From a virus (taxonomy: Duplodnaviria; Caudoviricetes): 33,930 nt of DNA. A program made the translations under genes and the position numbers. The DNA is taken from positions 1 through 33,930 of IMG/VR virus record IMGVR_UViG_3300025534_000198. One strand, written 5' to 3'. Each line of letters starts with the position of its first letter. Position 1 is the stretch's first letter. Below the pieces are notes generated by a model, which was given only the letters and a program-made list of their open reading frames with translations, searched no databases and had not been told where the DNA came from. Shown here in pieces: positions 17,995 through 25,448 of this stretch.

Positions 17995-18138
17995 ATGGTG
18001 GACCTGATCTTCTGTGGTGAGAACATCCCCGATTGCAAGGATTTCCGTGATGGGATGGCGGTCCTCACCATTCAATACGACCAGTCTTCCCCGGATGCGC
18101 CGCCGGACCGCACCTTAATGGTCTGGAAGGCGAGGTAG
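17995..18138 (+). CDS. Possible small ORF or gene remnant (47 aa)
   Basis: MVDLIFCGENIPDCKDFRDGMAVLTIQYD...; phage-like codon use but no clear RBS. Confidence 0.25.
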   Translation: MVDLIFCGENIPDCKDFRDGMAVLTIQYDQSSPDAPPDRTLMVWKAR

Positions 18139-18221
18139 CGGGGACCTCCCCACCCTCTTGCGGGCTCTGACGGACCGGATTATATGGGTCTCCCAAACCG
18201 CGTTTTCAGAGAGCTATTGCT

Positions 18222-18638
18222 ATGAGTGCGCCCGCCCCTCTGTGGTCCCTGTGGGACGTGTCCATCATGGGCTTTCCGCCCGTTACATATTCCGCTCCCT
18301 CGCGCGGCCGGGCCATCGCCATGGCATGGCGGGACTATCAGAACTACGACGACTCCATCAGTTTCAAGGCTTTCCTGCGTATCCTGACCTCGGCTCGGCC
18401 CCGCGATCTTCCCCTCGGGGACGACGGGTATGGCTATGTGCGACGCGCGTACAACGTCAATCCCAAGATCGACTGCCGGGTCGCTTTAACTGAGCGTGAG
18501 GGCTCCGAAGCAGGCCGGGAGGGAGTGATCATCTACCCCGGCCGGGCCACGGCGGATGTCCATGTCGTGCTGGATGGCGAGGACCACCCGGTCCGTGTCC
18601 ATCCCCTGCATCTCCGGCCGGTAGGGAGCGGTTGGTGA
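18222..18638 (+). CDS. Hypothetical phage protein (138 aa)
   Basis: First gene of a coupled operon; C-terminal SH3-like beta pattern (GREGVII...VHVVLDG...VRVHP). Confidence 0.7.
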   Translation: MSAPAPLWSLWDVSIMGFPPVTYSAPSRGRAIAMAWRDYQNYDDSISFKAFLRILTSARPRDLPLGDDGYGYVRRAYNVNPKIDCRVALTEREGSEAGREGVIIYPGRATADVHVVLDGEDHPVRVHPLHLRPVGSGW

Positions 18639-18970
18639 TGAGCGAGGATTTCACCAACCCGAAGGCGGTTGCGGCCCTCGCCGAAGCCACGCTTGGTCCG
18701 GAACGCTATCCGAGAAAGGTCTGCGACGCGCGGCAGTTGGAAGGCTCCGGGTATATCGAGCCCGACGCCATGAGCCATCCGCCGTACACCGCCCTGCTGA
18801 GTCGGCCCGGAGCGCAAGACAAGGCGCGAAACACCTGCCGCCGGTTCATGGAGATCGGGTGCTGCTTCCAGCCGTGGACCAGCGTCCTGACAGGGTATGG
18901 CCCTCTTCATGTGTTTTTCACCGTCATGGTGGATGCCGCCATGTACAGTTTGCTCCGGCAGGACGTATGA
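18638..18970 (+). CDS. Hypothetical protein, paralogue of 18967-19296
   Basis: TGATG coupling; shares E(I/M)G..F.PWTSV..........F....DAA with the next gene. Confidence 0.7.
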   Translation: MSEDFTNPKAVAALAEATLGPERYPRKVCDARQLEGSGYIEPDAMSHPPYTALLSRPGAQDKARNTCRRFMEIGCCFQPWTSVLTGYGPLHVFFTVMVDAAMYSLLRQDV

Positions 18971-19296
18971 GCGACCTCGATCTCCAATGCAGCGCAGATA
19001 GGTACCTCTGGACGCTGCGCAACGATCCTTGTGCGGAGTGGTACAACACGGATGAGGTCGCCGATACCGGCCATGTCCTGCCGAATACACCGATCTCGAT
19101 GCCCTTCGTTCTGCGGCGCCCGTTCAGGTACGAGGATCATTCAGAACGCAAGGCGCTTGCGACGATCATGAAAATGCGGGAAATGGGAATCGTATTCAAA
19201 CCTTGGACCAGCGTGTATGGCTGGTACACGAACACTATTTACTTTCTGTTCAGTGACAAAGCCGACGCAGCCATTTTTGAAGTGATTTGGGATTGA
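18967..19296 (+). CDS. Hypothetical protein, paralogue of 18638-18970
   Basis: ATGA overlap; EMGIVFKPWTSV...FLFSDKADAAIFEVIW. Confidence 0.7.
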   Translation: MSDLDLQCSADRYLWTLRNDPCAEWYNTDEVADTGHVLPNTPISMPFVLRRPFRYEDHSERKALATIMKMREMGIVFKPWTSVYGWYTNTIYFLFSDKADAAIFEVIWD

Positions 19297-19298
19297 TA

Positions 19299-19826
19299 AT
19301 GAATCCAAGCGTTGAGGAAACCATTGAATTCATCAAGGTGATGCACGCGGACCAGACCGACTGGTCCGGTCTGCCATACTGGCAGCATCCCGTCGCGGTG
19401 ATGAACCTCCTGCCACCCGACAGTCCGTTGGAGTGGAAACTGATCGCATTGCTGCATGACGTGATCGAGGATTCCAAAGCGGCCATCGCCGCCGCCATCG
19501 GTGTGGGCGAGGAGGAGGTGACGGTCGAGGTCGCCATGCAGTTCCTCCGCGACCGTGGCTACAGCGAGTATGTCGTCGAGGGCGTACGCCTGCTTACGCG
19601 CGACAAGAGCCAGCCCTACGAGGAGGAGATCGCGCGTATCGTAGCGTCCGGCCATGTCGGTGCCATGCACGCCAAATTCGCCGACAACACGCACAATACC
19701 AGCGAGGCCCGCTACGCAGTCCTCTCTGAGGCGCAGCGCGCCCGCGCGTTGCGGATCAGGCCGATCTACGAGGCCAGTAAGGCAATGCTGCGCGAGGGTC
19801 TGGTCGCTCTGGGGTATACCGTGTGA
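19299..19826 (+). CDS. RelA/SpoT-type HD-domain hydrolase (small alarmone hydrolase/Mesh1-like)
   Basis: H.DQ.D.SGLPY..HP..V, ALLHDVIED, V.LLTR and K.AD..HN motifs of the (p)ppGpp hydrolase HD family; no synthetase domain. Confidence 0.85.
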   Translation: MNPSVEETIEFIKVMHADQTDWSGLPYWQHPVAVMNLLPPDSPLEWKLIALLHDVIEDSKAAIAAAIGVGEEEVTVEVAMQFLRDRGYSEYVVEGVRLLTRDKSQPYEEEIARIVASGHVGAMHAKFADNTHNTSEARYAVLSEAQRARALRIRPIYEASKAMLREGLVALGYTV

Positions 19827-20128
19827 TGGCAAAGCGCGACCCAAACATTCTCAAGCTCGCTCGCGATAACGAGACCGCCACCCCCGGATACCACCTGACG
19901 GCCATTCCCAAGGGCACTTTTGGGGAGGTGAGCAAAATCGTCGAGGAGGCAGCCGAATTGGAGGACGCCGACGAGCAAGGCGTCAGCATCATGGCCCTGC
20001 TGGAATGCGCGGACCTTTATGGCGCACTTCGCGCCTATCTCGCCAAGCATCATCCGGGCAAGACCATGGCCGATCTGGAAGCCATGGCCGACGTGACTGA
20101 GAGGGCGTTCCGCAATGGCCACCGATAA
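19826..20128 (+). CDS. MazG-like all-alpha NTP pyrophosphohydrolase
   Basis: KIVEEAAELEDA ... LECADL fits the ExxE...ExxD metal-binding pattern; 100 aa; TGATG coupling. Confidence 0.7.
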   Translation: MAKRDPNILKLARDNETATPGYHLTAIPKGTFGEVSKIVEEAAELEDADEQGVSIMALLECADLYGALRAYLAKHHPGKTMADLEAMADVTERAFRNGHR

Positions 20129-20678
20129 GCATCTCGACATCGATTTCCTGCGGGCGACCGGGGCCAAGCCAGCGTGGTTCGGGCTCGGCTTCGTGCAATT
20201 GAAGCTCAACGATACCGAACGGATGCATTTCTGGCATCCTGCCGCCAGCCCGGACGTGCCGGAGGAGGAAGTCCACGATCACCGCTATGGGTTCAAGTCG
20301 TGCATCCTTCTTGGCGCGATCATGCACGAGTACTGGCTGTTCAAATCTGACCCCGACGGCGATGCAGAGATGTTCGAGGTCTCCTGCAAGCCGGGTATCC
20401 CGACCGACCCAACTCCGTTGGCGGTCGGACGGATGGTGATGTCCGGCCGAATCAAGCTGGAAAGGGGAAGCGAGTACAGCCTGCCAGCCTCGCAATTTCA
20501 TCGCATCGTCGCGTCTCGGGCGGTGACGCTGCTGAAGCGCGGTCCGGTGGTGAAGGACAAGGCGCGCGTGGTGCATCCGCGTGGCGCTCCGACCGTCTGT
20601 GCCTTCTCGGCGCCGAAGCCGGAAGCCGAGTGCTGGGACCTGATTGCCGACCTGCTGACGGGAGGCGGCCATGGCTGA
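20115..20678 (+). CDS. Cupin/double-stranded beta-helix metalloprotein
   Basis: GLGFVQ...RMHFWHP...VHDHRYGFKS.IL.G ... Y.LP...FHRI...AVTL: HxH plus a distal His, cysteine-dioxygenase-like spacing. Confidence 0.65.
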   Translation: MATDKHLDIDFLRATGAKPAWFGLGFVQLKLNDTERMHFWHPAASPDVPEEEVHDHRYGFKSCILLGAIMHEYWLFKSDPDGDAEMFEVSCKPGIPTDPTPLAVGRMVMSGRIKLERGSEYSLPASQFHRIVASRAVTLLKRGPVVKDKARVVHPRGAPTVCAFSAPKPEAECWDLIADLLTGGGHG

Positions 20679-21228
20679 CACCATGGGCTGGTTCCTGTTG
20701 CAGAGCGCCGTCCAGTTCTACCAGAACATCGGCGAGTACATCTATGTGGATACGCCTTGGATCGTCCGGCACAAGACGCTGATGATCACCTGCCCGCGCC
20801 CCGAATACGCCATGACGATTGTCGGCTCCGGGCGCGGTCTGGTCGGCTCCGCCGAGCAGGGTTTTCTCGAACTCGAACGCCTCGGCACGCTCGGGCGTGG
20901 CAAGTTCGTCTCCTGCGGTCCCTGCTTCCGCAACGAGGCGGAGGACGATCTGCACCGGCAGACTTTCATGAAGGTCGAGCTTTACCGCAACGACAAGGTC
21001 GATGAGGAGGCGCTTGAGGAGATGATCGCCGACGCGACCTATTTCTTCCAATGGAACCTCGGGCGGCAGAAAGTCGAGCGCGTGGCGACGGATGATGGCT
21101 TTGACCTGATGCTGAACGGCATCGAGATCGGCTCTTACGGTATTCGTCACCATGACGACCTGCACTGGGTCTACGGCACCGGTCTGGCAATGCCGCGCTT
21201 TGCCATGGCGAAGGAACGTGCAGCATGA
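20671..21228 (+). CDS. Stand-alone class IIb aminoacyl-tRNA synthetase-like catalytic core (no anticodon-binding domain)
   Basis: Motif 1-like YVDTPWI, motif 2 GPCFRNEAEDDLH..FMKVELY, FDLMLNGIEIGS, and motif 3 GTGLAMPR; only 185 aa; GGAGG RBS. Confidence 0.8.
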   Translation: MADTMGWFLLQSAVQFYQNIGEYIYVDTPWIVRHKTLMITCPRPEYAMTIVGSGRGLVGSAEQGFLELERLGTLGRGKFVSCGPCFRNEAEDDLHRQTFMKVELYRNDKVDEEALEEMIADATYFFQWNLGRQKVERVATDDGFDLMLNGIEIGSYGIRHHDDLHWVYGTGLAMPRFAMAKERAA

Positions 21229-21923
21229 ACTATCTCCGTAGACGCGACGATCTGCATTGCTGCTGGTGGTGCGGCAAGCCCGCCGGTACCGCCAAGGAGG
21301 AGGTCGGGCGTTTCGACTGGGATGGTTGGCCGGTTCAAAAGCTCTACGAGCGCCATTGGGCGCGCTGCACAAGCAACTGTCGGTGCAGGACCGAGACTTT
21401 CGAAAGCAAACACAAGAGCGGCATCGCCGACCAAATCTATGGTCATGACGATCCGGAGGCGGCGGTCATTGAGGCGTGGAATGCGGGGGACGTGTCGATC
21501 CCGCTCACCGTCACCCTGCCGCAGAGCCACTATGTCGAGGAGCGGGTTCTGCTGCCGACCCGTTCCTCAATCTTCAAGCCGTCGCGAATGCGCATCGTGA
21601 TACCGGAGGATCGTGGTACCGCCGAGCATTTCCGCAAATGCCTGTCGGTCTGCATCGTGGCGGATGGTCAGACAAGACCACACCGCTTCACGATGATCGA
21701 GGGGCGGGTGATCCATAGCAATGTCGTTTTGACCGGCGTGAAACCCATGTCCAGAAGCAGCAGGTTCACGGTATTCTGCTTCGAGGTCGGGGGAAGCTCG
21801 CTCAGCGGTCTCGGGGAAGGCAAAGTCGATACTGCGTGGTTGAGGCACGACCCACCGCGCGCCCCGGTTTACGATCACGTGTTCTCGGTAATCGCCAGTT
21901 CGGCCAACGACACCGAAGTTTGA
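21225..21923 (+). CDS. Lar-like (restriction alleviation) zinc-finger protein with a C-terminal extension
   Basis: CWWCG ... C...C ... AVIEAWN pattern of the Lar family in the N-terminal ~90 aa. Confidence 0.55.
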   Translation: MNYLRRRDDLHCCWWCGKPAGTAKEEVGRFDWDGWPVQKLYERHWARCTSNCRCRTETFESKHKSGIADQIYGHDDPEAAVIEAWNAGDVSIPLTVTLPQSHYVEERVLLPTRSSIFKPSRMRIVIPEDRGTAEHFRKCLSVCIVADGQTRPHRFTMIEGRVIHSNVVLTGVKPMSRSSRFTVFCFEVGGSSLSGLGEGKVDTAWLRHDPPRAPVYDHVFSVIASSANDTEV

Positions 21924-21928
21924 CGGAA

Positions 21929-21954
21929 ACGGGTGGCGGTGACCCGCCACCCGT
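21929..21954. terminator. Hairpin between convergent genes (likely bidirectional terminator)
   Basis: ACGGGTGGCGG-TGAC-CCGCCACCCGT, a perfect 11 bp stem. Confidence 0.7.
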
Positions 21955-21960
21955 CCGCTG

Positions 21961-23148
21961 TTATCCGACCCAGTCGTAGACGCGGACATAATCCACGTAG
22001 ATGTCCACGGAGTTCACGCCGGAACCATTCGGGGAGCCGCCATACCACTCCTCCCACGATGCGCCGACATGGCCCTGAAAACCGATGGATAGCGGCTCGT
22101 TCGGGATGTTGGTGGTCAGCGTCTTGATCACCCGTCCGTCCACGGTCATGGTCAGGCGCTCCGGTGTCCACTCCAGCCCGTAGACATGCCACCGGCTGTA
22201 GTCGATGTCGAATAGGGTGGATTCGTAGTAGTTCTCGCCTTGCGGACCCGGCCAGTGGCTCGTGAACATCCCCTGCCCCTTCGGCGTCTCAAGGATGTCC
22301 ACCTCCGGTGGCCAGCCGCCGTCGATGGGCCATAGCAGGAAGCACGGTCCGGCACCGGTAACCTCCTGCGACGCCTTGGCCCTGATCTCCACCTTGCCGT
22401 ACTGGAACGCGAAGCCGGGCGCGTAGGCGGTGGGCGCGGAGGAAATGCCGCCCACGGACCAGACGCCGTCCCAGCCCTTGTCGAGGCCGATGACCAGATT
22501 GCCGTCCGAGACGGAGACTTCGCTGTTTTCCCACCGGAACGCCCCGGTCCAATAGGTCGATCCGCCGTAGATCACCGGCCAAACGGAGCGGTCGAGCGAC
22601 GAGCCGTTGAACTCCTCCGCAAAGATCATCTGGCCGAACTCGTCGCCGGAGTCCGATGCCGATTCGACGAAGGTGAACCATGCGGACCCGTTGCCCGCGA
22701 GCGTCGTCGGGTTCTCCATCGCGGCCTTGCCGTTATACGCGATGGACTCGACGTACAAGTTGCGGTCGGCGTCGTCCGAACCGCCCCAGTCGTCGTTGAG
22801 GAACACCACCGTGACGGTATGGGCGCCCCTGCCCCAGTCGCCCGCGATGGTCAGCGTGTCGGATTGGCCGGAGGAATGCAGGGCGGATGCCTCGAAGGTT
22901 CCTCCGACCTGAACGCCATCGACCCGGACGACGTACTGGGCATTGCCGTGATACGCGTCCTGCGACAGCCGGATGGTCAGCGTATCCTTGCCGCTGCCGA
23001 TGGTGGTCGTGATCGGGGGAAAGGACGGGGCTGGTTCAGGTGCCTGCGCCTGCAAGCGCAGGATTTCCTCGTAACTGAGCCAGACGCCGGTCTGCTCCCA
23101 GTAGCTCGTGACGACGTTTGAAATTTCGTTCCAGTCTATTGATGCCAT
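21961..23148 (-). CDS. Carbohydrate-binding module plus GH16 glycoside hydrolase
   Basis: Ca-dependent CBM pattern (LSQDAY.GNAQY.V.VDG...FLNDDWGG...DRNLYV); GH16 motifs YGKVEIRAK, catalytic WPPEVDILE (ExDxxE), WHVYGLEWTP and VDYVRVY. AGGA RBS supports start 23148. Confidence 0.88.
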   Translation of the reverse strand: MASIDWNEISNVVTSYWEQTGVWLSYEEILRLQAQAPEPAPSFPPITTTIGSGKDTLTIRLSQDAYHGNAQYVVRVDGVQVGGTFEASALHSSGQSDTLTIAGDWGRGAHTVTVVFLNDDWGGSDDADRNLYVESIAYNGKAAMENPTTLAGNGSAWFTFVESASDSGDEFGQMIFAEEFNGSSLDRSVWPVIYGGSTYWTGAFRWENSEVSVSDGNLVIGLDKGWDGVWSVGGISSAPTAYAPGFAFQYGKVEIRAKASQEVTGAGPCFLLWPIDGGWPPEVDILETPKGQGMFTSHWPGPQGENYYESTLFDIDYSRWHVYGLEWTPERLTMTVDGRVIKTLTTNIPNEPLSIGFQGHVGASWEEWYGGSPNGSGVNSVDIYVDYVRVYDWVG

Positions 23149-23359
23149 AATGACTTCCTGTGACCCGAACCGGAAAATCCCGGACGGGCGACGAAGTATT
23201 TTCGCCGCAGGCCATATATCCCCTATGCAACCTCGGGTTGGCAAGTCTAATCGACATTCTCAACCCTTGGTTATGCCACCGGAACGGTTGCCGTGAAAAT
23301 CATGGCCTTTGCCGCAGCGAACGGCTATAATCCTGTTTTCAACAACGGCATTGCAGCAG

Positions 23360-24061
23360 ATGGCATTCCTCAAAGCGTTCCGTGAGCGCCTCACCCGTGC
23401 TCTGGGGAACACAGAGCCCAGCATTATCCGCAAGCGGTCCTTCCTGCGGCGGCTTCTGCCTCCCTATACGGGCATCGCGCCCGACACCGTGTTCGGTGTC
23501 AACATCTACAGAACCCACCACTACGACAAATGGTGGTTCCGGTGGACCTTCCGAGCGTACCATGACCTGCTCCGCCGAATCGACCGGGCCTATTACTGGC
23601 TCCTCTATCGCCTGCATCCCGGACACCAATACCATGTGGTGAGGACCGATCTCGCGCCGGGCTACTATGACGTGGACGAGATCATGTTCCGCGCCTGCTT
23701 CGCCCTGCTCGGTCGCTTCGTCGAGGAGGAACTCGGCCCCGTCGAAGGCGATCTGTCGGAGGAATCCTCCTATCGGGGCTACCGCCTCCACAGCTTCGGT
23801 GGCAACAATGAGAAGGCCATCGACCTCTGGCTTTGGTACAAGATCGAGCTACCGGAGGTGGAGCGCCTCTACGCCGAGGACATCGCTGCCTGTTACGGCA
23901 AGGCCAGCGTCGATTTTGGCGATCCTGATCCGGTCACCGGATGCCGCACGGCGCGTTTCAACCGCCTGCGCAAGCCCAAATACCCGCATCACTGGCCAGA
24001 GATCGTCAAGGACGAGAAGCTCCGCGAACTGATCGCCTTACGCCGCACCCTCTGGACCTGA
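23360..24061 (+). CDS. Hypothetical phage protein (233 aa)
   Basis: GCTATAAT -10 box at 23324-23331 supports ATG 23360; aromatic-rich, no function recognised. Confidence 0.7.
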   Translation: MAFLKAFRERLTRALGNTEPSIIRKRSFLRRLLPPYTGIAPDTVFGVNIYRTHHYDKWWFRWTFRAYHDLLRRIDRAYYWLLYRLHPGHQYHVVRTDLAPGYYDVDEIMFRACFALLGRFVEEELGPVEGDLSEESSYRGYRLHSFGGNNEKAIDLWLWYKIELPEVERLYAEDIAACYGKASVDFGDPDPVTGCRTARFNRLRKPKYPHHWPEIVKDEKLRELIALRRTLWT

Positions 24062-24076
24062 ACCGTGCTTTCCCTG

Positions 24077-24105
24077 TTGACCTGAACGGAGTTTCTCCGT
24101 AAGGT
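24077..24105 (+). promoter_or_regulatory. Sigma70-type promoter
   Basis: TTGACC-N17-TAAGGT. Confidence 0.6.
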
Positions 24106-24169
24106 CCCTCCCGCCGCCGGTTACGGCGGATTTCATTTCCGCAACGCTATTTCACTTAGGATCATTTCG

Positions 24170-24439
24170 ATGAGCGAAGCCGCTACCTCCATCACCATCG
24201 GCTCGGATGCCAAGAAGCGCCTCGAAGAAGCCATCCGGACGGCGCTGTCCACGCGTCAGGAGATCGCGGACCTCCGCGACAGCCTCAAGGACCTGATCGC
24301 GAACGTCGCCGAGGAAGTCGGGATCGACAAGAAGATTCTGACCGAGGCCATCAACACCGCCGAGAAGAACGCCCTCAGTGAGAAGAAGGACAAGCTGGAT
24401 CAGGTCCAGTACGTCCTCGAAGTCACCGGCTACGCCTGA
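24170..24439 (+). CDS. Small helical dsDNA-binding protein (T4 DsbA/GapR-like)
   Basis: 89 aa, KKRLEEAI...EIADLRDSLKDLIANVAEEVGIDKKIL..AI pattern; monocistronic with its own promoter and terminator. Confidence 0.6.
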   Translation: MSEAATSITIGSDAKKRLEEAIRTALSTRQEIADLRDSLKDLIANVAEEVGIDKKILTEAINTAEKNALSEKKDKLDQVQYVLEVTGYA

Positions 24440-24446
24440 TCCCTCC

Positions 24447-24476
24447 GGGGCGGGCCTCGGTCCGCCCCTTCCTTCT
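24447..24476 (+). terminator. Rho-independent terminator
   Basis: GGGGCGGGC-CTCG-GTCCGCCCC followed by TTCCTTCT. Confidence 0.7.
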
Positions 24477-24490
24477 CCGGGCGTAATCCG

Positions 24491-24771
24491 ATGGTGCTGC
24501 ATTTCCACCGAACTCTTCGTCTGCTCCCAGACGAATTGCCCCTTCTGGGGCCGGGGCCACCACCATTCTCCGCAATCGCGTGACCATCCGGGAAGATGAC
24601 AGCCCCGTCCATGGCACCACTCGGTAGGATGTTCTTTCCGAGTGGCTAGAGCAAAACGCAACGGGATTCTACGTCGCCTATTCCGAACGCGGTTGCTGGT
24701 GCCAAATCGCATTTGAAAAGGAACAAGACCTCGTGGCGTTCAAGCTGCACTTCGAGGGTTTCACCCCGTGA
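24491..24771 (+). pseudogene. Disrupted third paralogue of the 24768/25079 family
   Basis: Frame 1 reads ILRNRVTIREDDSPVHGTTR*DVLSEWLEQNATGFY...IAFEKEQDLVAFKLHFEG with an in-frame TAG at 24625-24627. ATG 24491 is in another frame, implying a frameshift near 24546-24560. Confidence 0.75.
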
Positions 24772-25079
24772 GCGAGAACACCTTCGCCGTGTTTCGGACC
24801 AATCTCCTTTCTCAGGAGATGATGCGTTTGCTGGCAATGGTCGATCCGGCGCGCGTCAAGGCGATGTTCGAGAACCGGGTGATGGTCACCTTCTTCTTCC
24901 CCGCTGACCCATATTCAAGGGAGCAACAGGGCCGTCGGCTCGTCGAATGGCTGCATAACAATACCACGGGTTTCTACTGCATCGAAGGCGAGTTTCGCAT
25001 CGGCTTTGTCGAAATCTCGTTTGAGCACGAGCGCGATATGGTGGCCTTCAAGCTGCGGTTCGAGGGGGCCGTGTCCTGA
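24768..25079 (+). CDS. Small hypothetical protein, paralogue family
   Basis: GTGA overlap; NRV...EWL..N.TGFY...FEHERDMVAFKLRF. Confidence 0.75.
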   Translation: MSENTFAVFRTNLLSQEMMRLLAMVDPARVKAMFENRVMVTFFFPADPYSREQQGRRLVEWLHNNTTGFYCIEGEFRIGFVEISFEHERDMVAFKLRFEGAVS

Positions 25080-25375
25080 TGGAAGTCAGTGTCATGCCCT
25101 ACCGGCGCCTCTTTGAGAATCACGTCAGCTTTCTCATGGACAAGCGTCCTGACCTCTACCTCGCCATGTTGCGCAACCGCGTGACCGTCATGGTCAGTGG
25201 TGCTTCGACGGCAACGGAACGCCGTGCCATTTGGGATTGGCTGAACAAAAACTGTGAGGGCTTCTTCCATATCGAGAGGCAGGAAGTCCCCGTCCCCGTA
25301 TACACCGTCCTGTTCGAGCATGAGACCGACATGGTGAATTTCACCCTGCGCTGGGTAGGTCCGCAAAACGGCTAA
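25079..25375 (+). CDS. Small hypothetical protein, paralogue family
   Basis: TGATG coupling; LRNRVTV...DWL..N.EGFF...FEHETDMVNFTLRW. Confidence 0.75.
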   Translation: MEVSVMPYRRLFENHVSFLMDKRPDLYLAMLRNRVTVMVSGASTATERRAIWDWLNKNCEGFFHIERQEVPVPVYTVLFEHETDMVNFTLRWVGPQNG

Positions 25376-25448
25376 CGGTTGCGGCCGGATGCTCCGGGTC
25401 GCTATGCTGAATGCGATTTGAAAAAAACAGATTTCAGGAGACGATTGC

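Noticed and set aside
19299-21228. Calling the cassette a canonical 2-aminoadenine (PurZ/MazZ/DatZ) pathway
   Set aside because: No adenylosuccinate-synthetase-like PurZ is present and the HD protein has RelA/SpoT-type motifs; only the overall logic is analogous.
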